From IMG/VR virus record IMGVR_UViG_3300043410_001333, positions 2,170 to 66,169 of that record: a stretch of 64,000 nucleotides of DNA, one strand, 5' to 3'. The notes under the pieces are model-generated. The model was not told the DNA's origin, did no database searches, and saw only the letters and a list, made by a program, of their open reading frames with translations. This document shows, in pieces, positions 1-10,269 of this stretch. The DNA is from a virus (taxonomy: Duplodnaviria > Caudoviricetes). How positions within the stretch are numbered: the first letter of the stretch is position 1; the number at the start of each line of letters is the position of its first letter. A program made the position numbers and the translations under genes.

Positions 1-66
1 TATGAGGACGCTGTGCATGACGCCGTGATGCGCGTCATTACGAATGTGGCCGACGACCGTGACTAA
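1..66 (+). CDS. 3' end of a gene starting before the window (YEDAVHDAVMRVITNVADDRD*)
   Basis: Open frame from base 1 to TAA at 64-66; partial. Confidence 0.4.
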   Translation, partial: YEDAVHDAVMRVITNVADDRD

Positions 67-205
67 AAACCAACGCCGCCGCTTCGTATTCTGGACGCGA
101 CGGGCACGGCTTCATCTGCTTCTCATGGATTCCGCACTTCTTACTGTTGCTTTTTTGTTCATAATGGCTATACTGAACGCACTTACAGTAAGATGATTTA
201 AAGCC

Positions 206-436
206 ATGTGGGATGTAGTATTTTATAGCTTTCTGTTTGTAGGCCCCGCCGCGGGATACGCGGTGGGTGCCTTCATGACCGATTCGTATTGGCGACTGTG
301 TGGCAATACGCCTGCAACTAGCCGCACGCCCGCCAACAGCGACGGGCGATATTACTACGTAGTCCCTGAAGACGAATACGTGGCGATGAAACTGTGTCAA
401 TGCCCTCCTGCGAAGAAGCAAGGAAATCCTTTATGA
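206..436 (+). CDS. hypothetical protein with N-terminal hydrophobic segment
   Basis: 76 aa ORF; stop overlaps the next ATG (ATGA). Confidence 0.55.
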   Translation: MWDVVFYSFLFVGPAAGYAVGAFMTDSYWRLCGNTPATSRTPANSDGRYYYVVPEDEYVAMKLCQCPPAKKQGNPL

Positions 437-660
437 GTCTCTATAATTGGCTTGGTATCGACGTTGAACTGCTTACCGTACCGGCTGGCGAAAACACAGC
501 GGCTGAAAACAAGCCTGTCGAGCGCGCCCGTGAAGTCATCACTGATCTGAAGTCGGGCCGCATTCCCCGTTCCGTTGTGCGGGATCTTGGCGAAGCCGTC
601 AACCATGCAAGCCGCGACCAGAGCGCGGCGGACGCTATCGGGCGTAACTGGAACAGGTAG
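433..660 (+). CDS. hypothetical protein
   Basis: ATG 433 preceded by AAGGA and coupled to the upstream stop. Confidence 0.55.
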   Translation: MSLYNWLGIDVELLTVPAGENTAAENKPVERAREVITDLKSGRIPRSVVRDLGEAVNHASRDQSAADAIGRNWNR

Positions 661-662
661 TA

Positions 663-2242
663 ATGTCAACAACATACAATGACGAAGACCTTAAACTTCT
701 GGACGATGCCGATCTGGCCGCGTTCGCGGCGCGTCGAAAGTGGCTTATCAGTGCGCGTCACCGCACTAATGACGGTGTTCTGCTTCCCGATGAAAGTCAG
801 GGAAAGCAGATACCGCCGATGGACGATAATGACTGGTCGATCCTGGTGTTTCGCGCAGGTAGAGGTTTGGCAAAACCGTTTCGCTAACGCAATGGCTTTG
901 GTGGGAAATGTGGCGTTTCCCCAACATGATCGGCCACTATGTAGCACCAACACTGTCCGACGTTCGCGGAACATCGTTTGAAGGCGCCGCCGGTCTGTGT
1001 TCGGTTATTCCAGCGGAATGTCTGAAAGACGGTTCGCTGGATAAAGCGTATAACAAATCCACGCATGAGATTAAACTGAAGAACGGATCACTGATCCGCG
1101 GTTTCGGTGCCGTTGAAGAAGCCAGCCGCTTGCGTGGTCCGCAGTGCCATGCCCTAGCGGCTGACGAGATAGCGCAATGGGATCGCCCGGCGGGCAATCT
1201 GGAACTGGCGATGAACAATGCGCTGTTTGGCCTGCGATTGCCTTATCCAGATGGATCACTCGGCCGAGCGGTGATGGGCACCACGCCGCTGTCCATCCCG
1301 TTCCTGAAACGCTTTGAAAAGCAAAAGGGCGTCCGCATCGTTCGCGGGTCCAGCTACGAAAACGTCGATAACCTGAACCAAATCTACCGTAATCAGTTAG
1401 AGCGGCTGGCAGGTACGCTGATCGGCAAGCAGGAAATCGAAGGTCTGTATATTGATGACGAATCGGACCTATCGATCATCAAGCGCCGCTGGATACAACT
1501 GTGGCCCCGCGGCAAACCCTTCCCTACCTTTACCTACATCATAGAAGCCTACGATTGCGCAGCGTCGGAGGAAAACTATGATATGAAGAAACAGACATCT
1601 GACCCCACGGCGTCTATTGTTTTGGGTGTGTTCGATACCTACAAGGAATTTTCGGAACAGGAACGCAAGCGCCGCGGTATCAAGTCGCGGTTCGCCGCGC
1701 TGTTGTGCGATGCCTGGGCGCAACGGATGGGTCTGCCGGAACTTCTGGAAAAGGCTCGCAAGCAGCATGCTATACGATGGGGTGAACCACCCAAGCGTTC
1801 TGATCTTGTGTTGATCGAGGACAAGTCGTCCGGTCCCGCGCTGCGGCAGTTTCTCGTCCAGTATGGCGTGCCAACCTTTGCCTACAACCCAGGACGCCAA
1901 AGCAAGGTCAACCGGCTACATACTGTATCGCCACTTATCAATCAATCCATGCTGTTTGTGCCGGAATCCTACCGCCCCGGCATGGAAGCGCAGCCCATTG
2001 AATGGGCAACCGACTTTCTGGAACAGGTCTGCGGCTACTACGGACCCGGATCTACCGAACACGACGACTATGTGGACACTCTGTCCAGCGCCTTCGCCGT
2101 GCTACGTGACCGTGGTATGCTGGAAAGCATGCCTGAAAACACATATGTTGACCGGGAAGACAAAATAGAGAAAGATCGGCGCGAAGCGGATCGTGTTTAT
2201 AAAAAGACCAATCTTAAACCTATACAAAACCCGTATTTATGA
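663..2242 (+). CDS. terL: terminase large subunit, split by a -1 frameshift at ~866-868 (ORFs 663..887 and 908..2242)
   Basis: Adding one T restores Walker A AGRGFGKT; then LRGPQ, Walker B ADEIA, coupling motif GTTP, and RNase H-like nuclease motifs (YD, IEDKSSG, HDDYVD). Confidence 0.9.
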
Positions 2243-2283
2243 GTATTATGCGGTTCCGACCGCTTTGAAAGACTATTTCAGGA

Positions 2284-5013
2284 ATGGCTCTATCCCCGAA
2301 TCGCAACCAGTTGCCGCCGGATCGCCGGGTTGAAGACGACGAAGATCGGTATCTGGACGCCGCAACACCGCTGACCGACCCTGATAACGGCGAATTTATC
2401 GATGTAGAGCCGGATTCGGACGATATCGTGCTGGAAGACGCCCCTGATGGCGGTATTCTCGCCCCGCCGCTGGACGGAGAAGGTGTTCTTGAGGTAGATA
2501 TTACTATTGAGAATACCTTCTATGCAAATCTTGCCGAATATATTCCAGAATCCGTTCAAAGTGCTATCGTAACCGACCTTATCAACAAAGTAGAGAATGA
2601 TAAGGAAGCACGCAAGAAGCGCGATGAACAATATGCGGAAGGTATTCGCCGCACAGGTCTAGGTAATGATGCTCCTGGTGGTGCCGAGTTTGAGGGAGCC
2701 AGCCGCGTCGTTCACCCGATGCTGACGGAAGCCTGTATCGATTACGAAAGCCGCGTCATCAAGGAATTGTGGCCACCGGCAGGCCCCGTGAAGCCCAAGA
2801 TCGTCGGCGCTGTTACAACGCAGAAGGTCGAACAAGCCAACCGTATCTCCGAACACATGAATTTCCAACTTACCACGCTGATGAAGGAAGCGCGGTCGGT
2901 CATGGAAGTGACACTGACACAGGTTCCCCTGGGTGGTAGTCAGTTTGTGCGTCTATGGTATGACGAACGGCTGCGGCGTCCGCGATGCGAGTTCCGCTCC
3001 GTGGACAAGATGTATATACCGTACGGAGCGGCTGATTTCTATTCGGCGGAACGCAAGACGTTTGCCGATACCGTGACGGAAATGGAGTTCACCAAGCGGG
3101 TGAACGAAGGTATGTACCGCGACACCAACATTGGTGGTCCCGGTGATATGCCAGAGGAATCCAAGTCAACGCAAGCCTCCAACAAGGTTGAAGGTGTTGA
3201 TGATCCCGGCGAGAACATTGACAATACGCGGCTGATCTACGAGATTTGCACGTATATACAGATGTCTCCAGAGATTCTGGACTCGATCAGTGACTGCGCA
3301 TGCGTGGAAAAGGAAGACGGGTTTTACCCGTATATCATTTCCATCGACACGACGACGCGCAAGATGCTGTCGATGTACCGAAACTGGGAAGAAGACGACG
3401 ACAAGTGCGAGCCTATCAACCACGATTTTGAATTCCCGTTCATTCCGTGGGATGGTGCGTTTGCCATCGGCTTTCCGCAGTTGATCGGCGGCCTGTCAGC
3501 AGCAGCTACAGGTGCGTTGCGTGCGCTTATGGACAGCGCCCATGCGCAGAACGCCTATGGCGGTCTGATTATGAAGGGTGCTGGCGTCAGCGGTCAGACG
3601 GTACGACCACAGATCGGTGAATTCGCGGAAATCGAAGTTGGTCTTGAGACCAAGGACATCCGCGACGTTATCATGCCGTTCTCGCCAACGCAGCCCTCCG
3701 GCGTGCTGTTCCAGTTGCTGCAGTTCCTGGTGGAATCGGCTCGTGGTGTGGTTCGGTCGTCCATGGACGATGTGCAGAACAACACGCCTGTTCCGGTGGG
3801 CACACAGATGGCCCGCATGGAAGAAGGGCTTGTTGTGTTCAGCGCGATCCACGGACGTGCGCATGCCGCCTTCAATCGGTTCCTGAGTGGCCTGCACCGG
3901 CTGAACCGTCTGCATCTGCCGCCCGTGGTGAAGATCGACGCCGAAGGCAAGGAACTGATCGTTCGGCGCAAGGATTACGAAGGTCCGTGCGTTGTGCAGG
4001 GTGTGTCGGACCCGACCATCTATTCCGACCAGCAGCGGTTCGCGCAGATGCAGTATCTGCAACAGCGCATACAGACGCTTCTGACCACACAGGTCAATAT
4101 CTACAAGATCCGCGAAGTCGAACTGTTCTGTCTGCGTCTGATGAAACTTCCGAATCCGGAAGGTTTCCTGGTAGAACAGCCAGAGCCGCAGGAACTGAAT
4201 CCTGTGAACGAAAATCTCAGTATGTCGCTTGGCCAGCCGGTCATGGTGTTCCCCGATCAGGATCACATGGCGCATCTACAGGTGCATCTGGATTTCATGA
4301 AAAGCCCGATGTTCGGTATGAGTCCGGTTATCGCGCCGAAGTTCCTGCCACAAGCGATCCAGCATGTGGCCGAGCATATCGCCTATCTGTATGTGGCACA
4401 GACGGTAGACACGATCAAGCAAGCCGCTGACGGTCGCGATCCGACCGAACTGATGGGCAAGAGCGTGGAAATCAAGCGGAAGTTTGATGGTCTATTGGCG
4501 AATGCGTCCAGTCTGGTTATCCCTGAACTGGAACAGCAACTGCAAGGCATCATGCCGATTATCCAGCAGGCCCAGCAAATGCTACAGCAGATCATGCCGA
4601 AGCCTCCGATGGACCCGGCACAAGCAGCGGTCCAGGCAGCCACGATGGAAACCCAGCGCAAGACAGCGGCGGATCAGCAGACCGCGCAGCACAACCAGCA
4701 GAAGTTGCAACTTGACGCGCAGAACGATCAGCAGACCAATGCTATTGCCGCGGAGCGCAACCAGATTGATCGTCAAGGGCAGTTCCTGCAGGCCCAAGCC
4801 GACGCCCAAAGCGATCAGGAAGCGAATGCACTGGAACGCGAACGTATGGCATCCGAGAACACGGGTCTGGCGGCTGATCTTGGCGTGCGGATGGACATCG
4901 CGCACCTGGACGCGAATACTCGGCTTGACATTGCCGACCGCAACGCCGAGTCTAAGGCAGAAGCCGCGCGAATGGCCGCGCGTGCTGCTGCCAACAGGAA
5001 TACAAGCGAATGA
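2284..5013 (+). CDS. portal protein
   Basis: 909 aa directly after terL; HPMLTEAC motif; Gln-rich coiled-coil C-terminal barrel as in P22-type portals. Confidence 0.85.
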   Translation: MALSPNRNQLPPDRRVEDDEDRYLDAATPLTDPDNGEFIDVEPDSDDIVLEDAPDGGILAPPLDGEGVLEVDITIENTFYANLAEYIPESVQSAIVTDLINKVENDKEARKKRDEQYAEGIRRTGLGNDAPGGAEFEGASRVVHPMLTEACIDYESRVIKELWPPAGPVKPKIVGAVTTQKVEQANRISEHMNFQLTTLMKEARSVMEVTLTQVPLGGSQFVRLWYDERLRRPRCEFRSVDKMYIPYGAADFYSAERKTFADTVTEMEFTKRVNEGMYRDTNIGGPGDMPEESKSTQASNKVEGVDDPGENIDNTRLIYEICTYIQMSPEILDSISDCACVEKEDGFYPYIISIDTTTRKMLSMYRNWEEDDDKCEPINHDFEFPFIPWDGAFAIGFPQLIGGLSAAATGALRALMDSAHAQNAYGGLIMKGAGVSGQTVRPQIGEFAEIEVGLETKDIRDVIMPFSPTQPSGVLFQLLQFLVESARGVVRSSMDDVQNNTPVPVGTQMARMEEGLVVFSAIHGRAHAAFNRFLSGLHRLNRLHLPPVVKIDAEGKELIVRRKDYEGPCVVQGVSDPTIYSDQQRFAQMQYLQQRIQTLLTTQVNIYKIREVELFCLRLMKLPNPEGFLVEQPEPQELNPVNENLSMSLGQPVMVFPDQDHMAHLQVHLDFMKSPMFGMSPVIAPKFLPQAIQHVAEHIAYLYVAQTVDTIKQAADGRDPTELMGKSVEIKRKFDGLLANASSLVIPELEQQLQGIMPIIQQAQQMLQQIMPKPPMDPAQAAVQAATMETQRKTAADQQTAQHNQQKLQLDAQNDQQTNAIAAERNQIDRQGQFLQAQADAQSDQEANALERERMASENTGLAADLGVRMDIAHLDANTRLDIADRNAESKAEAARMAARAAANRNTSE

Positions 5014-5213
5014 TCCCCGCGCATGAAGATATGGTGAAGCGTTACGCGGCACTTTCTGCGGACGAAAAGTTCTGGGTCAACACGCAGATGACCCAGGCTA
5101 TTCGTAATTTTCCGGAACGACTGAAGCAGGATCTGGATATGTTTCCCAACGCGGCCATGTGGGAGTTGGCCATGGTCCAACTGGAACACTCGAAAGCCAA
5201 TGGACGAACCTAA
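5010..5213 (+). CDS. hypothetical protein
   Basis: 67 aa, overlap-coupled to both neighbours. Confidence 0.55.
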   Translation: MIPAHEDMVKRYAALSADEKFWVNTQMTQAIRNFPERLKQDLDMFPNAAMWELAMVQLEHSKANGRT

Positions 5214-5856
5214 GCACTCCCGCCCCCTTCTTGAATCACTACTCGCGGGAGAGAAAGACACTCTTTCCCGCGAGGAAATGCTTTATCTGATGCAGGAAGC
5301 CGCACCGCGGCTGCGACCGAACCCCGGTCCAGATCAACCGCCTAACCCGTATAAATTGCCGTGGCTGGTTGTTGGAAGTGCGTCGTGTGTATACGACGAT
5401 CTGCGGTTCAAACCCTATACCGGTCCGACAATCGCTGTCAACCGCGCGATGCTGGACCTGGATATCCCCGTTGATATAGGCTGTACGCTGCATCACGAAA
5501 TCACTCGTGAATTGATGCTTGGCTACAATGGCCGGTTGTTCTGTTCGCGCGGCACTGATTATGTGACAGACGTATTGCCGGTCAAGGACGAATGGCGAAA
5601 CGGCACCAGCGGCTTGTACGCGGTGCAGATCGCGCTGCACTTCGGCGCTCCGGGTGTTATTTTGTGCGGAATGCCGATAGATGATTCGCCACATTTCCAT
5701 CGTGAAACAGGTTTAGCGCGCGGTATTCCAGAATTAGTTGCAATGCACCGTCAACCATGGATAGAATACGCCGATTTCTTGCGTAAAGCCGGGGTTCGCT
5801 CTATGAGCGGCTGGACACGCGAACTTCTGGGAAGTCCTTTGGACTATAACGCATAA
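5200..5856 (+). CDS. putative GT29/Maf/MptE-like Rossmann-fold transferase
   Basis: VVGSASC..IAVN..TSGLYAVQIA..GVILCGM pattern resembles sialyltransferase/Maf-like proteins. Confidence 0.5.
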   Translation: MDEPKHSRPLLESLLAGEKDTLSREEMLYLMQEAAPRLRPNPGPDQPPNPYKLPWLVVGSASCVYDDLRFKPYTGPTIAVNRAMLDLDIPVDIGCTLHHEITRELMLGYNGRLFCSRGTDYVTDVLPVKDEWRNGTSGLYAVQIALHFGAPGVILCGMPIDDSPHFHRETGLARGIPELVAMHRQPWIEYADFLRKAGVRSMSGWTRELLGSPLDYNA

Positions 5857-5869
5857 GGAAACATCACGC

Positions 5870-6040
5870 ATGAACGCAAACAGCGACAACGGCAATATGA
5901 GCCGTCCCAACAGCAGCGGCAAGGTCGATTCCAACATCAAGGGACCGTTGCCGATGCGCTGGCTTCACAAGACTGGTAAGTTGAATCTGGCAGAGCCGCA
6001 GGGCAAGCCGATTTCCAAGAAGGGCACCGCCGGAAAGTGA
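5870..6040 (+). CDS. small basic hypothetical protein (56 aa, not in ORF track)
   Basis: TAAGGA RBS, ATG 5870, MNANSDNG...KKGTAGK*; stop overlaps the next GTG. Confidence 0.65.
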   Translation: MNANSDNGNMSRPNSSGKVDSNIKGPLPMRWLHKTGKLNLAEPQGKPISKKGTAGK

Positions 6041-6225
6041 TTTTTCGCCAGTTTGAAAAACTGCTGGATAGAGAGATAGAGTCGCGCGTGCAAGCCATCC
6101 TGAAGGTGGAACCGGGCGACTCTTTCGCGCATGCTTCGTTGCGCGGGCAGCACATGGCCCTCATGAGGGTCAAAGAACTGCTGAAAGAAGCAACACGCAA
6201 CGACATTGATGATGACGAGGATTGA
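6037..6225 (+). CDS. hypothetical protein
   Basis: 62 aa, coupled to both neighbours. Confidence 0.65.
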   Translation: MIFRQFEKLLDREIESRVQAILKVEPGDSFAHASLRGQHMALMRVKELLKEATRNDIDDDED

Positions 6226-6710
6226 TGCCTTACGACGATTATCCGGTGAACAAGGTAGAGTTTGCCTACAACAGCGTTGAGGAAGCGTTTCCCGACGTGG
6301 ACGTTATGCACGAACCGAACGGTGAGTTCGTTATTGTGCAGATCCGCTGCCCCAAGCGCGTTACCAGCGGCGGTATCATTCTGTCAGAAGAATCCGTCAA
6401 GATTGAAAGCGACAACACACAGGTCGCCAAGGTCGTAGCTATCGGTCGCGCGGCTTTTCGCAATCGCGCCAATGGCGATAAATGGTTCGGCAATGAATGG
6501 TACAAGGTCGGTGATTTCGTGCGCGTGCCGCGTTACGGCGGTGATCGCTGGACGATTCCTTACACGTATAGGGAACCGGAACGGCAGTTACTGAGTGGTA
6601 TCAAGGTTCCCGCAAAGGAAATTACGACTGAAATCACGTTTGCCCTGTTCATGGACAAGGACATTCGCGCAAAGATCACGGACCCGCTGAAGATCAAGTC
6701 TTTTCTATAA
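6225..6710 (+). CDS. groES: GroES/Cpn10-like co-chaperonin
   Basis: Mobile loop TSGGIILSE, AKVVAIG, KVGDFV..PRYGG. Confidence 0.85.
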   Translation: MPYDDYPVNKVEFAYNSVEEAFPDVDVMHEPNGEFVIVQIRCPKRVTSGGIILSEESVKIESDNTQVAKVVAIGRAAFRNRANGDKWFGNEWYKVGDFVRVPRYGGDRWTIPYTYREPERQLLSGIKVPAKEITTEITFALFMDKDIRAKITDPLKIKSFL

Positions 6711-6742
6711 CACTTATAAACGGAATTGAGGATTAACCCTTA

Positions 6743-7900
6743 ATGTCAGGTACAATTTTAGACGATAAGGACGATGACGACGAAAAGCCGTTTACGTCCG
6801 TTCAGGGGTCTATGGTGGACTCCCTTCTTCCCGATGAAGAATACGAAGATTTTGATATTGTCGAAACAGACGATCAACTCAATCCAGTAGAACCTGCAAA
6901 GCCACAGCAACCGGCAGCGGAAACGACACCCGCTGCTACGGTTGACAATACAGCGTCTGACGATCAGAGCGACGATGAACACGAACGCAAGCGTCGTGAT
7001 CGCGCAGCGGAACGTCGTCGGCGTAAGGAAGGCCGTGAACGCACTTTTGCCGAGAACGCTCAGTTAAAGGACGAAGTCCAGCGGCTGAAGGAACAACTGG
7101 AAGGTATTGCACCGCGTCTGACGAAGTTGGACCAGGAGCGTATCCAGGACCAGATTTCGTTTACCGATAAGGAAATGGAAGCCGAAGCCAAGCGTGTCGC
7201 TGCTGCGAAACGTCGTATGGCAGAAGCTATCCAGACCGGTGATGCAGACGCCCATACAGCGGCACTGGACGAGTGGGAAGCGGCCAAGCAACGTGGTCAG
7301 GAACTGGCCCTTCAGAAGCAGCGGCTGGCTACAAGTGTCCAGACACCGGCTGCACCCGCGGCGGATCAGCGCCCTGCCGCGCCACAGCGCACCGAACAGC
7401 CGCGTGCGCCTACGCCACTTCCGCAGGAAGCCGTTGAATTTCTTGAAGATTTTCGCGCCAATCACAGTTGGATGAAGTTTGACGGCCAGGGCCGTCCGGC
7501 GGATTTCGATACGCAGTTGATCCTGCAACTTGACGCCCAGGTCGCGGCGGAAGGTTTTGATCCGCGTGAACAGGACTATTGGGACGAGTTGGAATCGCGC
7601 GGACGGAAGTATCTACCGCAGCATTTCAGCCGTCGCCAAGGTGCATCACCAGCCGCTGCACCCGCCGCGGCACCACAGCAAGCAGCAGATACACGACGGG
7701 GGCCGAAAGTGTCAGGTAGTTCTGAAAGACCTACGGGCAATGCGAATAACAAAGTATATCTAAGCCCGCAACGCAAGCAATTTCTTGTAGATGCTGGTGT
7801 TTTGGATAATTCTGGTAAGAATGTTGTTGACAAAAACCTTTATACACGATACATGCGAGCATATCAGAAATATGATCGCGAAAATGGTCGTAGTAACTGA
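6743..7900 (+). CDS. capsid scaffolding protein (putative)
   Basis: Acidic N-terminus, long coiled coil, located between portal and capsid genes. Confidence 0.65.
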   Translation: MSGTILDDKDDDDEKPFTSVQGSMVDSLLPDEEYEDFDIVETDDQLNPVEPAKPQQPAAETTPAATVDNTASDDQSDDEHERKRRDRAAERRRRKEGRERTFAENAQLKDEVQRLKEQLEGIAPRLTKLDQERIQDQISFTDKEMEAEAKRVAAAKRRMAEAIQTGDADAHTAALDEWEAAKQRGQELALQKQRLATSVQTPAAPAADQRPAAPQRTEQPRAPTPLPQEAVEFLEDFRANHSWMKFDGQGRPADFDTQLILQLDAQVAAEGFDPREQDYWDELESRGRKYLPQHFSRRQGASPAAAPAAAPQQAADTRRGPKVSGSSERPTGNANNKVYLSPQRKQFLVDAGVLDNSGKNVVDKNLYTRYMRAYQKYDRENGRSN

Positions 7901-7919
7901 TTGATAGCGGAGATTTAAG

Positions 7920-8525
7920 TTGGACGAACGTGATATGCAGGACGGTATGATGGAGGAAACGGTTCGTTCCGGTTCCGCGCGCCATGCTGCTTCTCGTGCC
8001 GCCTCTAGGGATGAGCGCTTGGAATCAGTTCGCAATCTATTTGATCGCGAAGACGAAAGTGACAGCGGTCGCGGTGACTTGGACGATGAACGTTTCGAGA
8101 TGTTCCGCGATTCGCTTACCCAGTCGGTTTTGCCGGATCTTCCTAAGATTCCCGGCTACCATGTGTGTTGGCTTTCAACGCAACATGCGTCAGACACAAT
8201 TCAACAGCGGATGCGTCTCGGTTATGAACTGATTCGCAAGGATGAAATTAATAAGGATTTCGGCCCCGCGACGCATTCTACAGGTGACTACGCAGATTTC
8301 GTGTCAGTTAAAGAAATGGTGGCCGCTAAGATTCCTATGCGTTTGTACAACAGATATATGCAGGAAGTTCACCACAGACAGCCGTTGGAATCCGAAGCCG
8401 GAATCCGGGCCAATGTTGAACAAATGAAGTACGAGTTGGGCGAACGCAACATCAATCTTATGGAAGGTAATGGCACGGCTGGTTTGGGCAAGGGAGCCAA
8501 ACCGATGCCGGTGTTTACTGAATGA
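7920..8525 (+). CDS. conserved head-module protein
   Basis: 201 aa; GGAG RBS before TTG; P..PGYH..W..GYE pattern typical of genes before capsid genes. Confidence 0.65.
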   Translation: MDERDMQDGMMEETVRSGSARHAASRAASRDERLESVRNLFDREDESDSGRGDLDDERFEMFRDSLTQSVLPDLPKIPGYHVCWLSTQHASDTIQQRMRLGYELIRKDEINKDFGPATHSTGDYADFVSVKEMVAAKIPMRLYNRYMQEVHHRQPLESEAGIRANVEQMKYELGERNINLMEGNGTAGLGKGAKPMPVFTE

Positions 8526-8585
8526 TAAGCACAGGGGAAACGTCGTTTTGGCTCCATGGTAATTCAACTATGGAGTTAACACAAA

Positions 8586-9176
8586 ATGGCTACTACTGCC
8601 GCACCTTACGGCTTTATTCCGATTAGCCACACTGCTGGTACTCCGCGGACAATTCGTATGTCCGGGGGTATCGCAAGTGGTCAGAGTGGGAACATCTTCA
8701 AGTATCAGCCGGTAAAGCTGGTAGCTGGATATCTGTCTCCCGTAACCGCCTCTACCGATAAGATTTTCGGCATTTTTGCCGGTGTGTCTTACGGGCCTGT
8801 TGGCGCACAGCCTACTGATTCGCCTATGTGGCCGACCGGTCAGACCTATGTAGACCCGAACATCGTTCCGATGTTTGTCTATGTATGGCCTGCTTGGGAC
8901 CCTGCGCTGCGACTGAAGGTTCAGGCTAACGGCGCTGTTGCTCAGGCGCTGATGGGCAGTCAGTTCAATGTTGCTTCTGTGGCGGGTAACACTACCACAG
9001 GGCTGAGTCAGGCGTCGGTAGACGCTGCTGGCGTCACAACGACATATCAGGGTCAGTTCTTCCTGTCGGAGTTCTTTGAAGGCCCGACAAGCACTCCTGG
9101 TGATGCGTATACCGATCTTATCGTCAGCGTTGCGTACCCGCAGGTTGGCCCGGCTGGTCAGAATTCTATTTACTAA
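8586..9176 (+). CDS. capsid decoration/cement protein (putative)
   Basis: Strong GGAG RBS; APYGFIP N-terminus; beta-rich; directly before the MCP. Confidence 0.6.
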   Translation: MATTAAPYGFIPISHTAGTPRTIRMSGGIASGQSGNIFKYQPVKLVAGYLSPVTASTDKIFGIFAGVSYGPVGAQPTDSPMWPTGQTYVDPNIVPMFVYVWPAWDPALRLKVQANGAVAQALMGSQFNVASVAGNTTTGLSQASVDAAGVTTTYQGQFFLSEFFEGPTSTPGDAYTDLIVSVAYPQVGPAGQNSIY

Positions 9177-9216
9177 TATGAATTTTGATCTAGTAATTAC
9201 TTTAGGAGATTAATAA

Positions 9217-10137
9217 ATGGCTATTCCGATGCGGAGTACCGATTTTCGTTCCATTGTCGAACCGATTTTGAACGAAGAATTCGACGGTATCTACGATCAG
9301 CGAAAGGACGAGTGGAAGGGTGTTTTCAAGGAAGTGCGTGGTATTCCTCGCTCTTATCATGAACGTCCCTACCTGTACGGCTTTACGATGGCGCCTGAAA
9401 TGCCTGACGGTGATCCGGTGTCGTATGACGCTGGTGGTCAGCTTTATGTGGCACGTGCCTTCTACCGTGTTTGGGGCCTTGGGTTTGCTATCACCAAGGT
9501 TCTGGTGGAAGACGGCGATCACATTGATATCGGGCGTACCTACGCTCGCCATCTTGCGCAGTCGCTGATTGAAACCAAGGAAACGCTGGCGGCGAACGTG
9601 CTGAACTTCGCGTTCAACGGTTCGTATCCTGGCGGCGACGGCGTGTCGCTTTGCAGCACGTCCCATCCGCTGGTGAACGGTACGTTCTCCAACCAGTTGG
9701 CGACCCCAGCGGCTCTTAGCCAGACTTCGCTTGAACAGATTCTGATTCAGGTTCGTCAGGCTGTTGACGCGCGTGGTAAGAAGATCAATCTTCAGCCGCG
9801 GTCTATCGTTTGCTCTCCCGCAAACGTGTTCCAGGCGGAAGTTCTTCTGAAGACTCCGCTGCGTACCAGCACTGCGAATAACGACATCAACCCTGTTATT
9901 AGTTCTGGGCTGCTGCCGGAAGGCCAGCACAACATGTCGCGTCTGACCAGCAATACTGCTTGGTGGGTTAGCACGAATGTTCCGGACGACGCAGGGTTGC
10001 AGATTGTTATGCGTCGTGGCCTGGAAAAGAGCATGGAAGGGGATTTTGAGACGGACTCCATGCGATTCAAATCGACCGAGCGATACGTCCCGTTCTGGGT
10101 GGACCCTCGTACCGTTTACGGAACGAGTGGGCTTTAA
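9217..10137 (+). CDS. major capsid protein (HK97 fold)
   Basis: 306 aa; AGGAG RBS; GGDGVSLCSTSHP and MEGDFETD..RFK..ERY motifs; followed by a terminator. Confidence 0.85.
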   Translation: MAIPMRSTDFRSIVEPILNEEFDGIYDQRKDEWKGVFKEVRGIPRSYHERPYLYGFTMAPEMPDGDPVSYDAGGQLYVARAFYRVWGLGFAITKVLVEDGDHIDIGRTYARHLAQSLIETKETLAANVLNFAFNGSYPGGDGVSLCSTSHPLVNGTFSNQLATPAALSQTSLEQILIQVRQAVDARGKKINLQPRSIVCSPANVFQAEVLLKTPLRTSTANNDINPVISSGLLPEGQHNMSRLTSNTAWWVSTNVPDDAGLQIVMRRGLEKSMEGDFETDSMRFKSTERYVPFWVDPRTVYGTSGL

Positions 10138-10157
10138 TACGTTGATTTGATTGAATT

Positions 10158-10192
10158 TTTCCTTCCGGCTAAAATGCCGGAAGGAAATTTTT
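10158..10192 (+). terminator. intrinsic terminator after MCP
   Basis: 12-bp stem TTTCCTTCCGGC/GCCGGAAGGAAA, 6-nt loop, TTTTT tail. Confidence 0.85.
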
Positions 10193-10210
10193 AAGAGGGA
10201 CATTTCAAGG

Positions 10211-10240
10211 TTGACTAACTAGTTCATCCCCGTGTAGTAT
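10211..10240 (+). promoter_or_regulatory. sigma70-like promoter for the endonuclease gene
   Basis: TTGACT-N18-TAGTAT, 30 nt before ATG 10270. Confidence 0.55.
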
Positions 10241-10269
10241 CGGGTTCTTGTTTTACACAGGAACGTAAA

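Noticed and set aside
7827-7855. TTGACA inside the scaffold gene and an AT-rich tract at 26449-26483 as promoters
   Set aside because: The -10 match or spacing is ambiguous; not enough support to call.
9202-10203. 333-aa antisense ORF over the major capsid gene, and similar antisense ORFs at 3496-4275, 25238-25996, 27163-27894 and 42311-43237
   Set aside because: No protein motifs or RBS; long antisense frames are expected from codon bias in GC-rich genes. The nested HNH ORFs differ in carrying full family signatures.
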